Assembly (NCBI GenBank): GCA_937988695.1
Contig: CALKHM010000104.1
Coordinates: 35,131 to 99,130, forward strand
Direction of reading: 5' to 3'
Origin: an uncultured Microbacterium sp.
GTDB taxonomy: Bacteria > Actinomycetota > Actinomycetes > Actinomycetales > Microbacteriaceae
DNA length: 64,000 nt
Shown piece by piece: positions 29,679 to 38,674 of the stretch (the stretch's first letter is position 1; every line of letters starts with the position of its first letter). The position numbers and the translations under genes are program-made. Below the pieces are notes generated by a model that saw only the letters and a program-made list of their open reading frames with translations, was not told the DNA's origin and ran no database searches.

Positions 29679-30282
29679 TTTTCCGCAAGGGCCACGCCGT
29701 TGCCTCGGCCTCGCGTTTCGCGGCGTTCTGCCTCGTCGGAATGGTTCTGGTCGCTTCGGCCGCGGCCACGTCTTCTCCGATCCTCAGGAGATGCGGTGAG
29801 CCGGAGGTGTCGCGTGGACTCTGATCGAGGAGCCAGGGATCGCCGTGTGGTCCAGGTTGCGCCTGGCCGGAAGAGCGCTCCGCCGCGTGAAGATGGCGCC
29901 TGCGTCGGCCGCGATACGGAAGCTGCCGGCGATTCTCTCGGCAACCTTCGTCATGAGCGGATCGCGATGGCGTGACCAAGGCGGTGGCAGGCCCCGCAGG
30001 GTCCCTGCGCGCGCGGCCACTTCGCTGACACGCGAGCGCAGTGGTCGGTATGCGTGGGTACAACGGCGTCGCGCCGTGCGTCGAGATCCCGACGGTAGAG
30101 GCGCGTGCCGCGGTAGCTCTCGTCGCAGCCGATGAACAGGCGTCACCGGGGGGGACCTTGTGCCCGCCCGTCGCCATCCACGCACGCGGGGTCTCAAGCG
30201 CCCGTACGTGTAGCATCACCGCCCGGATGGCCGTGCGCTCCCAGGCACTCCAGCCCCACCCGCCAATGTACCGGACGACCGC

Positions 30283-30834
30283 TCAGTGCCCTGCGCCGCC
30301 GACGTTCGGATGGCTGAGGGAGTACACGTAGGCCGCGAGCGCCCGGATCTGCTCCTCGTTGAAGCTCTGGCCGAACGCCGGCATCGGGGCGGGAAACTGC
30401 TTCGGCTGCGGTACACCGTTCCGGATCGTGCTCGCGATGAAGTCCAGGCTGCCGTCGCCGTTGAGCCACTCTTCATCCGCTAGGCTCGGTCCAATCGGTC
30501 CGCCCTCGCCCTCGGAACTGTGGCAGGTGAAGCAAATGCCGCCTGCCGCCTGTCCCTCGAAGATGCTGTCGCCGAGGGCGACCATCGACGGCGTGATGCT
30601 GCCCTCGGCGAGCGGGCCGGCCGGGGCGGCGCCGGGCGGCGCGGCCGGTGCGGCAGCGGGTGCCCCACCACTGCCCGCCTGCGGGCTGTCTACTGTGCCG
30701 CCCTCGTCGCCGCCGCCGCAGGCTGCGGCGAGGCTCATGGCCATCGCGGCGAGGCTCATTGTCATCGCAGCGACGATTCGCCTCGGGATAAGGCGAGCTG
30801 AGGTGTGTTCATCCGTGCTAGTCCGTCGAGTCAT
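30283..30834 (-). CDS. Monoheme cytochrome c lipoprotein
   Basis: LAAAC lipobox, CFTCH, GPSL and MPAF. Confidence 0.9.
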   Translation of the reverse strand: MTRRTSTDEHTSARLIPRRIVAAMTMSLAAMAMSLAAACGGGDEGGTVDSPQAGSGGAPAAAPAAPPGAAPAGPLAEGSITPSMVALGDSIFEGQAAGGICFTCHSSEGEGGPIGPSLADEEWLNGDGSLDFIASTIRNGVPQPKQFPAPMPAFGQSFNEEQIRALAAYVYSLSHPNVGGAGH

Positions 30835-31136
30835 GAACTGGCCCTCCTTGGTGAGTGGATCAAGGAGGGCGAGCGCATACGTCGAGCCACCGAGTGGCGA
30901 TGCGCAACATCCACGAGTCTATCCGACGGCCGCAACGCAGTCGTAGCTGGTGCCGACTTGTGGGGGGCGCCGGATATGCCAGCGCCTCACGGCGCTGAAT
31001 GTGCATCGGGCCTCTGTGCGAGCACGCGCACTATCGCGACGATCTAGCCATCGCGCTGGCTGCCGCAGGCACGGGGCGCGACACTAACACACCATCTTGG
31101 GCGAACCGCTCGCGAGACTCTGAGTTCGAGGACACG

Positions 31137-31433
31137 ATGCACATGACGAACCTCACGCTCCCCCTGCGCGGGCTGGCCGGCGAGGGAGCCCAGGCCGCCG
31201 TGGACCGCGCGCTTCGCGGGCTCGCGGGAGTGCGGTCGGCGCGTGCTGGGGCCGATCAACTCCTTCACATTGAGTTCGATGACGCGCTCGTCTCACCCGT
31301 GGAGATCCACGATGCGCTGGCTCGATCCGGTATCGTGCACGTGGCCGATGCGGAGCAGCGCGTCGCCAGGGGCGCACCCGGCGGCAGGGCGGTGGAACAT
31401 ACACCTGCGGCTGATTTCAGGAGCCACGGATGA
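31137..31433 (+). CDS. HMA-like small protein lacking CxxC
   Basis: LPLRGLAGEGA...ALRGLAGV...IEFD pattern. Confidence 0.55.
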   Translation: MHMTNLTLPLRGLAGEGAQAAVDRALRGLAGVRSARAGADQLLHIEFDDALVSPVEIHDALARSGIVHVADAEQRVARGAPGGRAVEHTPAADFRSHG

Positions 31434-31830
31434 GTGGCTTCTCGACGGTGCTCGCCCTCGCCGCGACGCCAGCTCTCGGGAACTTCGCCGGTGGCGTGCT
31501 CGCCGATCGCACCCGCGTCTCGCCACGAACGCTGAGCTTCGCGCTCCACGCTGCCGCGGGCATCGTGTTCGCCGTCGTGGGCGTGGAACTCATGCCGCAG
31601 GCCCTTGGCGCCGAGCCCGTGTGGCCCGTCGTGCTGCTCTTCGTCGCCGGCGGCGGCTTCGCAGTCTTGATTGATAGGACTGCTCGCATTCACGGCTGGG
31701 ATCCTTCTGACAGTCGCGGTCGAGGCGATCGTCGTCGAGGCGCACCGGGAGGCGGACGGCCGCGCCGCATCCCTGTTCCTGGTTGGTGGCGTTGCCCTGT
31801 TCGTCGCGCTCGGTGAGTTCCTCGAGGCGC
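31430..31830 (+). pseudogene. ZIP-family transporter, internally deleted and frameshifted
   Basis: N-terminal ALHAAAGIVFAVVGVELMP joins in another frame to C-terminal LLAFTAGILL...EAH. Confidence 0.75.
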
Positions 31831-31863
31831 AAGGCGGCGACCGGGAGGTTGTGGGTCGAGCAA

Positions 31864-32892
31864 TCACGGGTCATGGAGCGACCGTGGTGGGCGCGGCCGT
31901 CCCTGGACCGCCGCCACTGCATCGGCGGCCGCCGTGGCGACTGCGGGGTCCGGGTCGCGCATGGCAGTCGTGAGCGGCCCCAGCTCGTTCGCCGCACGCG
32001 GTCCCATGGCGCCGAGCGCGAACGCCGCTGCCGCGCGCACAGACGGCTCCGGATCGGCGAGCGCACGCGCGGCGGCCGGCGCGGCCGTGGCGGCCGAGGG
32101 GCCGAGCGCGCCTAGAGTGTGCGCCGCCCTCACCCGGACGGTCGGCGCGGCGTCGGTCAACGCGGTCTCGAGGACCGGTAGGAGGATCTGCGCCGGGCTT
32201 CCAACGTCGCGCAGTGCCTTGAGTGCGCTCAGCCGGACGGCTTCGGCGGGGTCGCGACTCAGGCGCGCGAGGGCTGGTACGACGGCCGGAGAACCGCTCG
32301 CCGCCGCGGGGCCGATGTCCCCGAGCGCCGCCGCCGCCGCTGCACGCACACCCCGGTCGGCATCGTCGAGGGTGGCCGTGAGCGCCGGCACGGCTGCTCT
32401 CGCAGCCGTGCCGAATGCGCCCAGGATGCTCGCCGCGTGCGATCGCACGTTGGCATGCGCGGTGTCGCGAAGCACTTCGATCAGGCCAGGCACGGCCGCC
32501 GGCGCACGGACGCCTTCAGTCGCGAGGGCGACTCCCGCCGCCACCCGCACGTGGTCATCGGGATCGCCGAGTGCGCCGATCAGTGCGTCCACCACGGCCG
32601 GCGACTTGGGCTGGAGCCGCAGGACGCGCCTCAGGGCGTTGGCAGCGTCGGCCCGCCGGCCCGGGTCGGCGTCATCGAGCGCCCGGATCCAGTAGCGCGA
32701 GGAGCGACCCTCATATCCGGGGTCGGCCATGCACGCGCCGGTGAGGAGGGCGAGCGCCGCGAGCAGGATGCGCCCAGCCATCCGGCATGGACATACAGAC
32801 CCGACGGTGCGCGCCGCGCGGCGTCGCCATGGTGCGCACAGCGCTCGTCGTGCGCACGGCTCTCGTCGTGCGGCTGCGTTGGCCCCACTCAC
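31864..32892 (-). CDS. HEAT-repeat lipoprotein
   Basis: Repeated AVPAL..AL.D.D..VR..AA.ALG; LTGAC lipobox (likely start 32781). Confidence 0.8.
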   Translation of the reverse strand: MSGANAAARREPCARRALCAPWRRRAARTVGSVCPCRMAGRILLAALALLTGACMADPGYEGRSSRYWIRALDDADPGRRADAANALRRVLRLQPKSPAVVDALIGALGDPDDHVRVAAGVALATEGVRAPAAVPGLIEVLRDTAHANVRSHAASILGAFGTAARAAVPALTATLDDADRGVRAAAAAALGDIGPAAASGSPAVVPALARLSRDPAEAVRLSALKALRDVGSPAQILLPVLETALTDAAPTVRVRAAHTLGALGPSAATAAPAAARALADPEPSVRAAAAFALGAMGPRAANELGPLTTAMRDPDPAVATAAADAVAAVQGRPRPPRSLHDP

Positions 32893-33797
32893 GGCGGCGC
32901 ACCCGTGATATGCCCGATCGCCCAGGCGGCCTCCGTACGCGTGGTGGAGTCCGGGTCGGCCAGGTGGCGTCGGAGGTCGGGTAGCGCCGCCGCGGAAGCC
33001 GGGCCGATGCGACCGAGCGCGGTGGCCGCCGCCGAACGGAGGCCCGCGTGACCATCGCGAAGCGCGCGTCGAAGGTCCGGGACGGCGGCGGCACCGGCGG
33101 CACCGTAGCGTGCCACGCCATACGTGGCGGCGAAGCGCGTGGCCTCCAGAGAGTCGTCGAGGGCGCGGGTGAACGCCGGGACGGCCACGGTTGCATCGGC
33201 ACCGACGGCGGCGAGCGCGCGCGTGGCTTCCAGTCGAACGGAGCTGACTGGATCGGCCATGGCCCGTACCAGTGCCGGCGCGACTTCCACGACGGGCGGC
33301 CCGAGTCGTGCGATCGCCTCGGCCGCGGCCGCACGCACGTCATGGTCGGGATCGACGAGTGCCGCCGCGAGTGGCAACGCGGCCTGGACGGCCGGCGCGC
33401 CGATGTGCCCGAGCGCCCTGGCAGCTTCGGTACGCACCTGTGGGTGCGCGTCACGGAGCAGCGCCACCAGCCGTGGCGCGACGATCCGCCCTTCGGGTCC
33501 GAGCCGCTCGAGGGCATCGGCGAGCGTGACGTGCACCTCGTCGCTCGCTCCGGTCTCCAGCGCTTGCAGTAGCGCATGCGTCGCGGTAGGCGAGCGCCGT
33601 GCGCTGCGCGCGAACGCGCGCGCCGCCTCCAGACGCGCCGCGGGATCGTGACTTCGGAGGTCCGCCGCCCACGCGCTCGCCGGCCGGCCCCCGAACGTCT
33701 CCTCGCTGTCACAGCCGAAACCCACGAGAAGGGAACCGAGCAGGAAGGTCGCGAGACTCCTCACCACTCTACGGCGGCTGGTGCGCTGTTGGCTCAT
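32889..33797 (-). CDS. HEAT-repeat lipoprotein
   Basis: Same repeat pattern; LVGFGC lipobox. Confidence 0.8.
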   Translation of the reverse strand: MSQQRTSRRRVVRSLATFLLGSLLVGFGCDSEETFGGRPASAWAADLRSHDPAARLEAARAFARSARRSPTATHALLQALETGASDEVHVTLADALERLGPEGRIVAPRLVALLRDAHPQVRTEAARALGHIGAPAVQAALPLAAALVDPDHDVRAAAAEAIARLGPPVVEVAPALVRAMADPVSSVRLEATRALAAVGADATVAVPAFTRALDDSLEATRFAATYGVARYGAAGAAAVPDLRRALRDGHAGLRSAAATALGRIGPASAAALPDLRRHLADPDSTTRTEAAWAIGHITGAPP

Positions 33798-33819
33798 GGC
33801 GCCACACGATTCTCCGGCA

Positions 33820-34836
33820 TCACGCACGATCGGTCGACGTCGATCCTGCGGACGGCCCCTCTGATGACCCCTCGGACGACCCGGTCGCCGCTGCGGCGCC
33901 CTCTGGCCGTGGCTCGTGAGGCTCCACGTATGGCTGCTCCATGTACGGCTCCATGTACGGCTCCATGTGCACCAACACGCCCGCGACCTGCGGTACCGCC
34001 GCACGGATTGCGCCCTTCACCTGCCCGCTCAGCGAGTGCGCGGCCGCCAGCGGCATCGCCGCGTTTGCCTCGACGTGGACGTCCACGTAGTAGGCCAGGC
34101 CGGACTTCCGCACGCGGAGCGTCTCGATGGCGAGCACGCCCGGCACCGATGCCGCGGCCTGGCGAATGGGCCGTACGATCTCGTCGTCGGCCTCGCGGTC
34201 CATGAGGTCGTGCAGGGCGGGGCGTGCCAGCAGGACGCCGTTGATGACGATGATGCCGGCGGCGAAGAGCGCCGCCCAGTCGTCGGCGCTTGCCCACCCG
34301 GAGCCTCCATCGAGCCGCTGTCCGAGGAGCGCGATGCTTATGCCGAGGAAGGCTGCCGTGGAGGTCACGGCGTCGCTCATGTGGTGCCAGGCGTCGGCGC
34401 GCACGGCGGAGCTACCCATCTGCACGCCGATTGCCGTGACATGACGGGACAGGAGGAGCTTGACGACCACGACGCCCACGAGGACGCCCAGCGTCCACGG
34501 CGCTGGTGTCTGATGTGGCGTGCGGATCTCATGCACGGCCTGGATGGCGATCGCGACCGCTGCTGCAATCAGCACCAACGACACGACGGCGCCAGCGAGC
34601 GCTTCGGCCTTGCCGTGACCATACGGGTGGTCCTCGTCGGCCGGGCGGGTGGCCATGTGCAGGCCGCCCCAGACGATGAGCGACGAGAAAATATCGGCCG
34701 TCGACTCGACGGCGTCCGCCACGAGGGCGTAGCTGTGCCCGACGACCCCCGCGACGAGCTTCGTCGCCACGAGCGCCGCATTGATGACGAGCCCGAGTTG
34801 CGTGGAGCGGATGCCACGCCTTGCCAGGTCGGTCAT
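33820..34836 (-). CDS. Cation diffusion facilitator (FieF-like)
   Basis: ADAVESTAD, HPYGHGKAE, HHMSD and VHMEP. Confidence 0.92.
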   Translation of the reverse strand: MTDLARRGIRSTQLGLVINAALVATKLVAGVVGHSYALVADAVESTADIFSSLIVWGGLHMATRPADEDHPYGHGKAEALAGAVVSLVLIAAAVAIAIQAVHEIRTPHQTPAPWTLGVLVGVVVVKLLLSRHVTAIGVQMGSSAVRADAWHHMSDAVTSTAAFLGISIALLGQRLDGGSGWASADDWAALFAAGIIVINGVLLARPALHDLMDREADDEIVRPIRQAAASVPGVLAIETLRVRKSGLAYYVDVHVEANAAMPLAAAHSLSGQVKGAIRAAVPQVAGVLVHMEPYMEPYMEQPYVEPHEPRPEGAAAATGSSEGSSEGPSAGSTSTDRA

Positions 34837-34938
34837 GGGATCTTTATGGTGACGCCGGACGATGGGTACTGACGCGAGCGACCATCGGAGGCGCGCGGTG
34901 GAGGGGCGAGTCAACGCGGAGTGCGGTCGCAGGTCGAT

Positions 34939-37647
34939 TCATGCGCCCTCACTGCGTCCGTACGCCAGCAGTCGTAGCGCGTTCGCGATGACGAGGAGCG
35001 TACTCCCTTCGTGCACTACCACAGCCGGGCCGATCCCGACCATACCAGTCGTCGTGGCCACGACCAGCAGCGCGATGACACCGAGCGAGACGGCGAGGTT
35101 CTGCTTGATGATCCCTCGCGCCGTCCGGCTCAGGCCGATCGCGAACGGCAGGCGTCCGAGATCGTCTCCCATGAGGGCGACGTCGGCCGTCTCGAGCGCG
35201 GCAGCAGTGCCCGCACCACCCATCGCGATCCCCACCGCCGCGTGGGCGAGCGCCGGCGCATCGTTGACGCCGTCGCCGACCATGGCGACGCGTCCCTCAC
35301 GGGCGAGCTCCGCGATGGCGGTCACCTTGTCCTCCGGCAGCAGGCCGGCGCGTACTTCGTCGATCCCGACCGCGCGGCCGACCGCGTTTCCGACGCCGGC
35401 GTTGTCGCCGGTGAGCATGACGATGCGACGCACGCCGACCGCGCGCAGCCGGTCGAGCGTCTCCCGCACGCCGGCGCGCGGCTCGTCGGCTACGCCGATG
35501 ACGCCGAGCCAGCCGTCACCGGCTTCCTGTCCGCTCAGCGTCCCGGTCGCTGGCCGGCGGCGCGTGACCACGGTGGTCCGCCCCGCCCGCTCCAGCTCGG
35601 CAACCGCCTCGCGCACCGTCGTAGGTATGGTCTCGCCAGTCTCCTCGAACATGAGCAGCCGGCCCACATCGACAGCCGCGCCATCGACCGTCGAGCGGAT
35701 CCCGCGGCCAGTTACCGACTCCAGATCGCCGGCCTCGGGCACGGCGAGCCCGCGCCGCTCCGCCGCCTGGAGGATCGCACGCGCTAGCGGGTGCTGCGAC
35801 CGTCGTTCGACGGCCGCCGTCAGCGCCAGCAGGCGATCCTCGCTGACCCCCTGCGCCGGCCGGAGGTCCGTCACCTCCGGCTCGCCCCGGGTGATCGTCC
35901 CGGTCTTGTCCAGCGCGAGCGTGTCGACGGAGCCGAGCATCTCGAGGTGGGCGCCGCCCTTGATGAGCACCCCCTTCCGCGCCGCTTGGGCGATGCCCGC
36001 GAGCACCGCCGCCGGCGTACCGAGGGCGAGCGCGCACGGCGACGCCGCGACGAGGAGCGCCATACCCCGATAGAACGCGTCACTCCAGGCCAAGACGCCG
36101 AGGAGCGGCGGCACGACGATGAGCAGCAGGCCGGCCACGAGGACGAGTGGGACGAAGACGCGCTCGAAGCGATCGGTGAACTGCTGCGTCGGCGCCTTCT
36201 GCGTCTGCGCCTCGGCGACGAGCCGGATGACGCGGTCAAGGGTGCGGTCGCCGATGGCCGCCGTGACCTCGATGACGAGCGCCCCCTCCCCGTTCACCGA
36301 GCCCGCGAAGACCGGCTCGTCCGGCGCCTTGTCCACCGGCACGCTCTCGCCGGTGATCGGCGCCTGATTCACCGCCGAGCGTCCCTCGCGCACGGTACCG
36401 TCGACCGGGATCCGCTCGGCGGGCTTCACGACCACCCGGTCGCCGGGACGGACGTCGGCGATGGGCACCGTGGCCTCCTGGCCATCGCGTACCACGGTCG
36501 CCGTCTGGGGGGCGAGCTCCGCGAGGGCGGCGATGGCGTTACGCGCGCGCCCGAGCGCGTAGTGCTCGAGCGCGTGCCCGAGGCTGAAGAGAAAGAGGAG
36601 GAGGGCGCCCTCCAGCCACGCGCCGAGGATCGCGGCGCCGATCGCCGCGACGACCATGAGGAGGTCGATGTTGAAGTGGAACTTCCCCCGCCTGAGATCA
36701 CCGAGGAAGTGCCCGACGTTGTCGCGCGCGCCAAAGACGTACGCGGCGACGTAGAAGCCGATCGGCACTGCTGCCGGCGCGCCCGCGAGGCGCCCGACGA
36801 GCCACCCGACGGTAAGCAGCGCGCCGGACGCCAGGCTCCATGCGAGCTCGCGGTTGCGGGCGTACCAGCCGGCGTCCTCCGCCGGCGGGTACCTCTCCGC
36901 CTCCTCCCCTCGCGCCTCGCGCGCGCCCCCATGCTCGGCGGCCCGCTCCTCCGGCGCGGTCTCACGCCGTACGCGCCGGTGCTCGCCGCGCAAATGCGCG
37001 TCGATCGAGGTCTCCGTCCGCACCCCGTGGTCGGTCCGGACGCTGGTAAGCGCTGCCGGCGCCCCTGGCACAACCGTCGCGCCGGCCGCGCGAAGCCGGG
37101 CCTCGACCGCCGCACGATCCACCCGGCGGCGATCGAACTCGACCCGTGCGACCTGGCCCGCGAAGTTGACCGCGGCCGCGGTCACCCCCGGCAGTGCCCG
37201 CAGATCCTCCTCGAGCCGCCGGCCGCCGTCCTCCGTGCCGACGGCGCGGAACGGCACGACCGCATGGCCGTACCGGTCGGTTACCTCGGCGCCAGCGGCC
37301 TTCGCCAGCGCCGTGACCTGGGCGAGGGTGAGTCGGTCGGGATCGTAGTGCAGGCAGAGCTGCGATTCGGTGTTCGTCTCCGTGTCCGCGTCGGACGCCG
37401 CGGCCCTCCACGCCGGCCCATCCCCCGACATGGCTTCGTCCGACCCGGCTTCGTCAGGTCCCACGACGTGCACGTGCTGCACGCCATCGCGACGCTCGAG
37501 CAGCCGGACGAGCCGCGCGGCGCACGCATCGCGCACGTCCTTCACGTCGGGTAGCAGCAGCGGCAGGTCGAGACGTATCGTCTGCTCCGACTGTTCCCGT
37601 CGCTCTCCTGCCTCCCTCTCCCCTGGCTCCCTCGCGCGCGATGTCAT
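34939..37647 (-). CDS. P1B-4-type heavy-metal ATPase (Co/Zn/Cd/Fe)
   Basis: TGES, SPC, DKTGT, GDGVND and HEGST. Confidence 0.92.
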   Translation of the reverse strand: MTSRAREPGEREAGERREQSEQTIRLDLPLLLPDVKDVRDACAARLVRLLERRDGVQHVHVVGPDEAGSDEAMSGDGPAWRAAASDADTETNTESQLCLHYDPDRLTLAQVTALAKAAGAEVTDRYGHAVVPFRAVGTEDGGRRLEEDLRALPGVTAAAVNFAGQVARVEFDRRRVDRAAVEARLRAAGATVVPGAPAALTSVRTDHGVRTETSIDAHLRGEHRRVRRETAPEERAAEHGGAREARGEEAERYPPAEDAGWYARNRELAWSLASGALLTVGWLVGRLAGAPAAVPIGFYVAAYVFGARDNVGHFLGDLRRGKFHFNIDLLMVVAAIGAAILGAWLEGALLLFLFSLGHALEHYALGRARNAIAALAELAPQTATVVRDGQEATVPIADVRPGDRVVVKPAERIPVDGTVREGRSAVNQAPITGESVPVDKAPDEPVFAGSVNGEGALVIEVTAAIGDRTLDRVIRLVAEAQTQKAPTQQFTDRFERVFVPLVLVAGLLLIVVPPLLGVLAWSDAFYRGMALLVAASPCALALGTPAAVLAGIAQAARKGVLIKGGAHLEMLGSVDTLALDKTGTITRGEPEVTDLRPAQGVSEDRLLALTAAVERRSQHPLARAILQAAERRGLAVPEAGDLESVTGRGIRSTVDGAAVDVGRLLMFEETGETIPTTVREAVAELERAGRTTVVTRRRPATGTLSGQEAGDGWLGVIGVADEPRAGVRETLDRLRAVGVRRIVMLTGDNAGVGNAVGRAVGIDEVRAGLLPEDKVTAIAELAREGRVAMVGDGVNDAPALAHAAVGIAMGGAGTAAALETADVALMGDDLGRLPFAIGLSRTARGIIKQNLAVSLGVIALLVVATTTGMVGIGPAVVVHEGSTLLVIANALRLLAYGRSEGA

Positions 37648-37650
37648 TGG

Positions 37651-38349
37651 TCAGTGACTCGCGAAGACGGCGGTGGAGCCCGAGCGGTCGAAGCTCAGCA
37701 CGTCGTACCGATCGGCCGGCGTGCCAGGGACCTCCATGCCGGGCGACCCGACCGGCATGCCGGGGACGGCCACCCCGGCCACCGGCGGTCGCTCGGCGAG
37801 CAGCCGGCGGATGTCTCCCGCCGGCACATGCCCCTCGACCACGTAGCCGCCCACGGTGGCGGTATGGCACGACTGGAGCTGCCCGGGCACGGCGTTCACG
37901 GCCTTCACCATCGTCAGGTCGTCGCGGTCCACGGTTTCGACACGGAACCCCTCCGCCCGCAGGTGGTCCACCCATGCCCGGCAACAACCGCACGTCGGCG
38001 TCTTGTAGACGGTCACCGTGACCGTATCCGTCGGCCCCATCGCTGCCAGGGCCGCGCCGGATGTCGCAGTAGATGCCGCACCGACGGTGTCCTCCAGCGC
38101 GGCGTCGGGCGACGGGCTACAGGCCATGACCCCGAAGGCCAGCGACGCGCCGACGGCAAGGTGTCGGCCGCTCCCCCACCAGTTCCGCCACCGGTGCGGA
38201 CGGCGACCCAGTCGCGGCCCCGAACCCGCGGACGAACTACGCTCCTGGTCGTGCGTCGCCTGCTCGTGCGTCGCCTGCTCGTGCGTCGCCTGCTCGTGCG
38301 TCGCCTGCTCGTGCATGGGCCCCCTCACGGTGAAATGGTCAGACGACAT
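37651..38349 (-). CDS. DUF411 (CopG-like) lipoprotein with (HEQAT)4 N-terminal repeat
   Basis: VMAC lipobox, YKTPTCGCC, SCHT and EGHVP; repeat at 38251-38310. Confidence 0.85.
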   Translation of the reverse strand: MSSDHFTVRGPMHEQATHEQATHEQATHEQATHDQERSSSAGSGPRLGRRPHRWRNWWGSGRHLAVGASLAFGVMACSPSPDAALEDTVGAASTATSGAALAAMGPTDTVTVTVYKTPTCGCCRAWVDHLRAEGFRVETVDRDDLTMVKAVNAVPGQLQSCHTATVGGYVVEGHVPAGDIRRLLAERPPVAGVAVPGMPVGSPGMEVPGTPADRYDVLSFDRSGSTAVFASH

Positions 38350-38674
38350 CCTCTCCCTCCTCGTCAGTCGCGATGCGCACGGCCCGGTCCACCGGGAGGA
38401 CGAAAACCTTCCCGTCCCCCTGGTTGCCGGTGTGCGCTGCCTCGAGGATCGCACGCACGACCATCTCCTCGAGCTCGTCGCGCACCACGATCTCGACGCG
38501 CACCTTGTCTGCGGTGCCGTAGAGGACCTCGGACGTCGGTGCGTCTGTGAGTCGGCCACGACCGAATCCCTTGGCGTCCATGAATGTCGCGCCCGTGAGC
38601 TCGGGCACTTCATGAAGCGCCTGCATCACCTGTGGTGCCATGAAGGGCTGGACGAACGCCACGATCATTCTCAT
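38339..38674 (-). CDS. PII-family signalling protein (czc-associated)
   Basis: KGFGR and TGNQGDGKVFV; start overlaps czcA stop. Confidence 0.9.
   Translation of the reverse strand: MRMIVAFVQPFMAPQVMQALHEVPELTGATFMDAKGFGRGRLTDAPTSEVLYGTADKVRVEIVVRDELEEMVVRAILEAAHTGNQGDGKVFVLPVDRAVRIATDEEGEDVV

Noticed and set aside
29984-29998. CGACH heme-like motif on the minus strand between cytochrome c and the porin gene
   Set aside because: It lies in a short frame bounded by stops, with no signal peptide or other cytochrome features.
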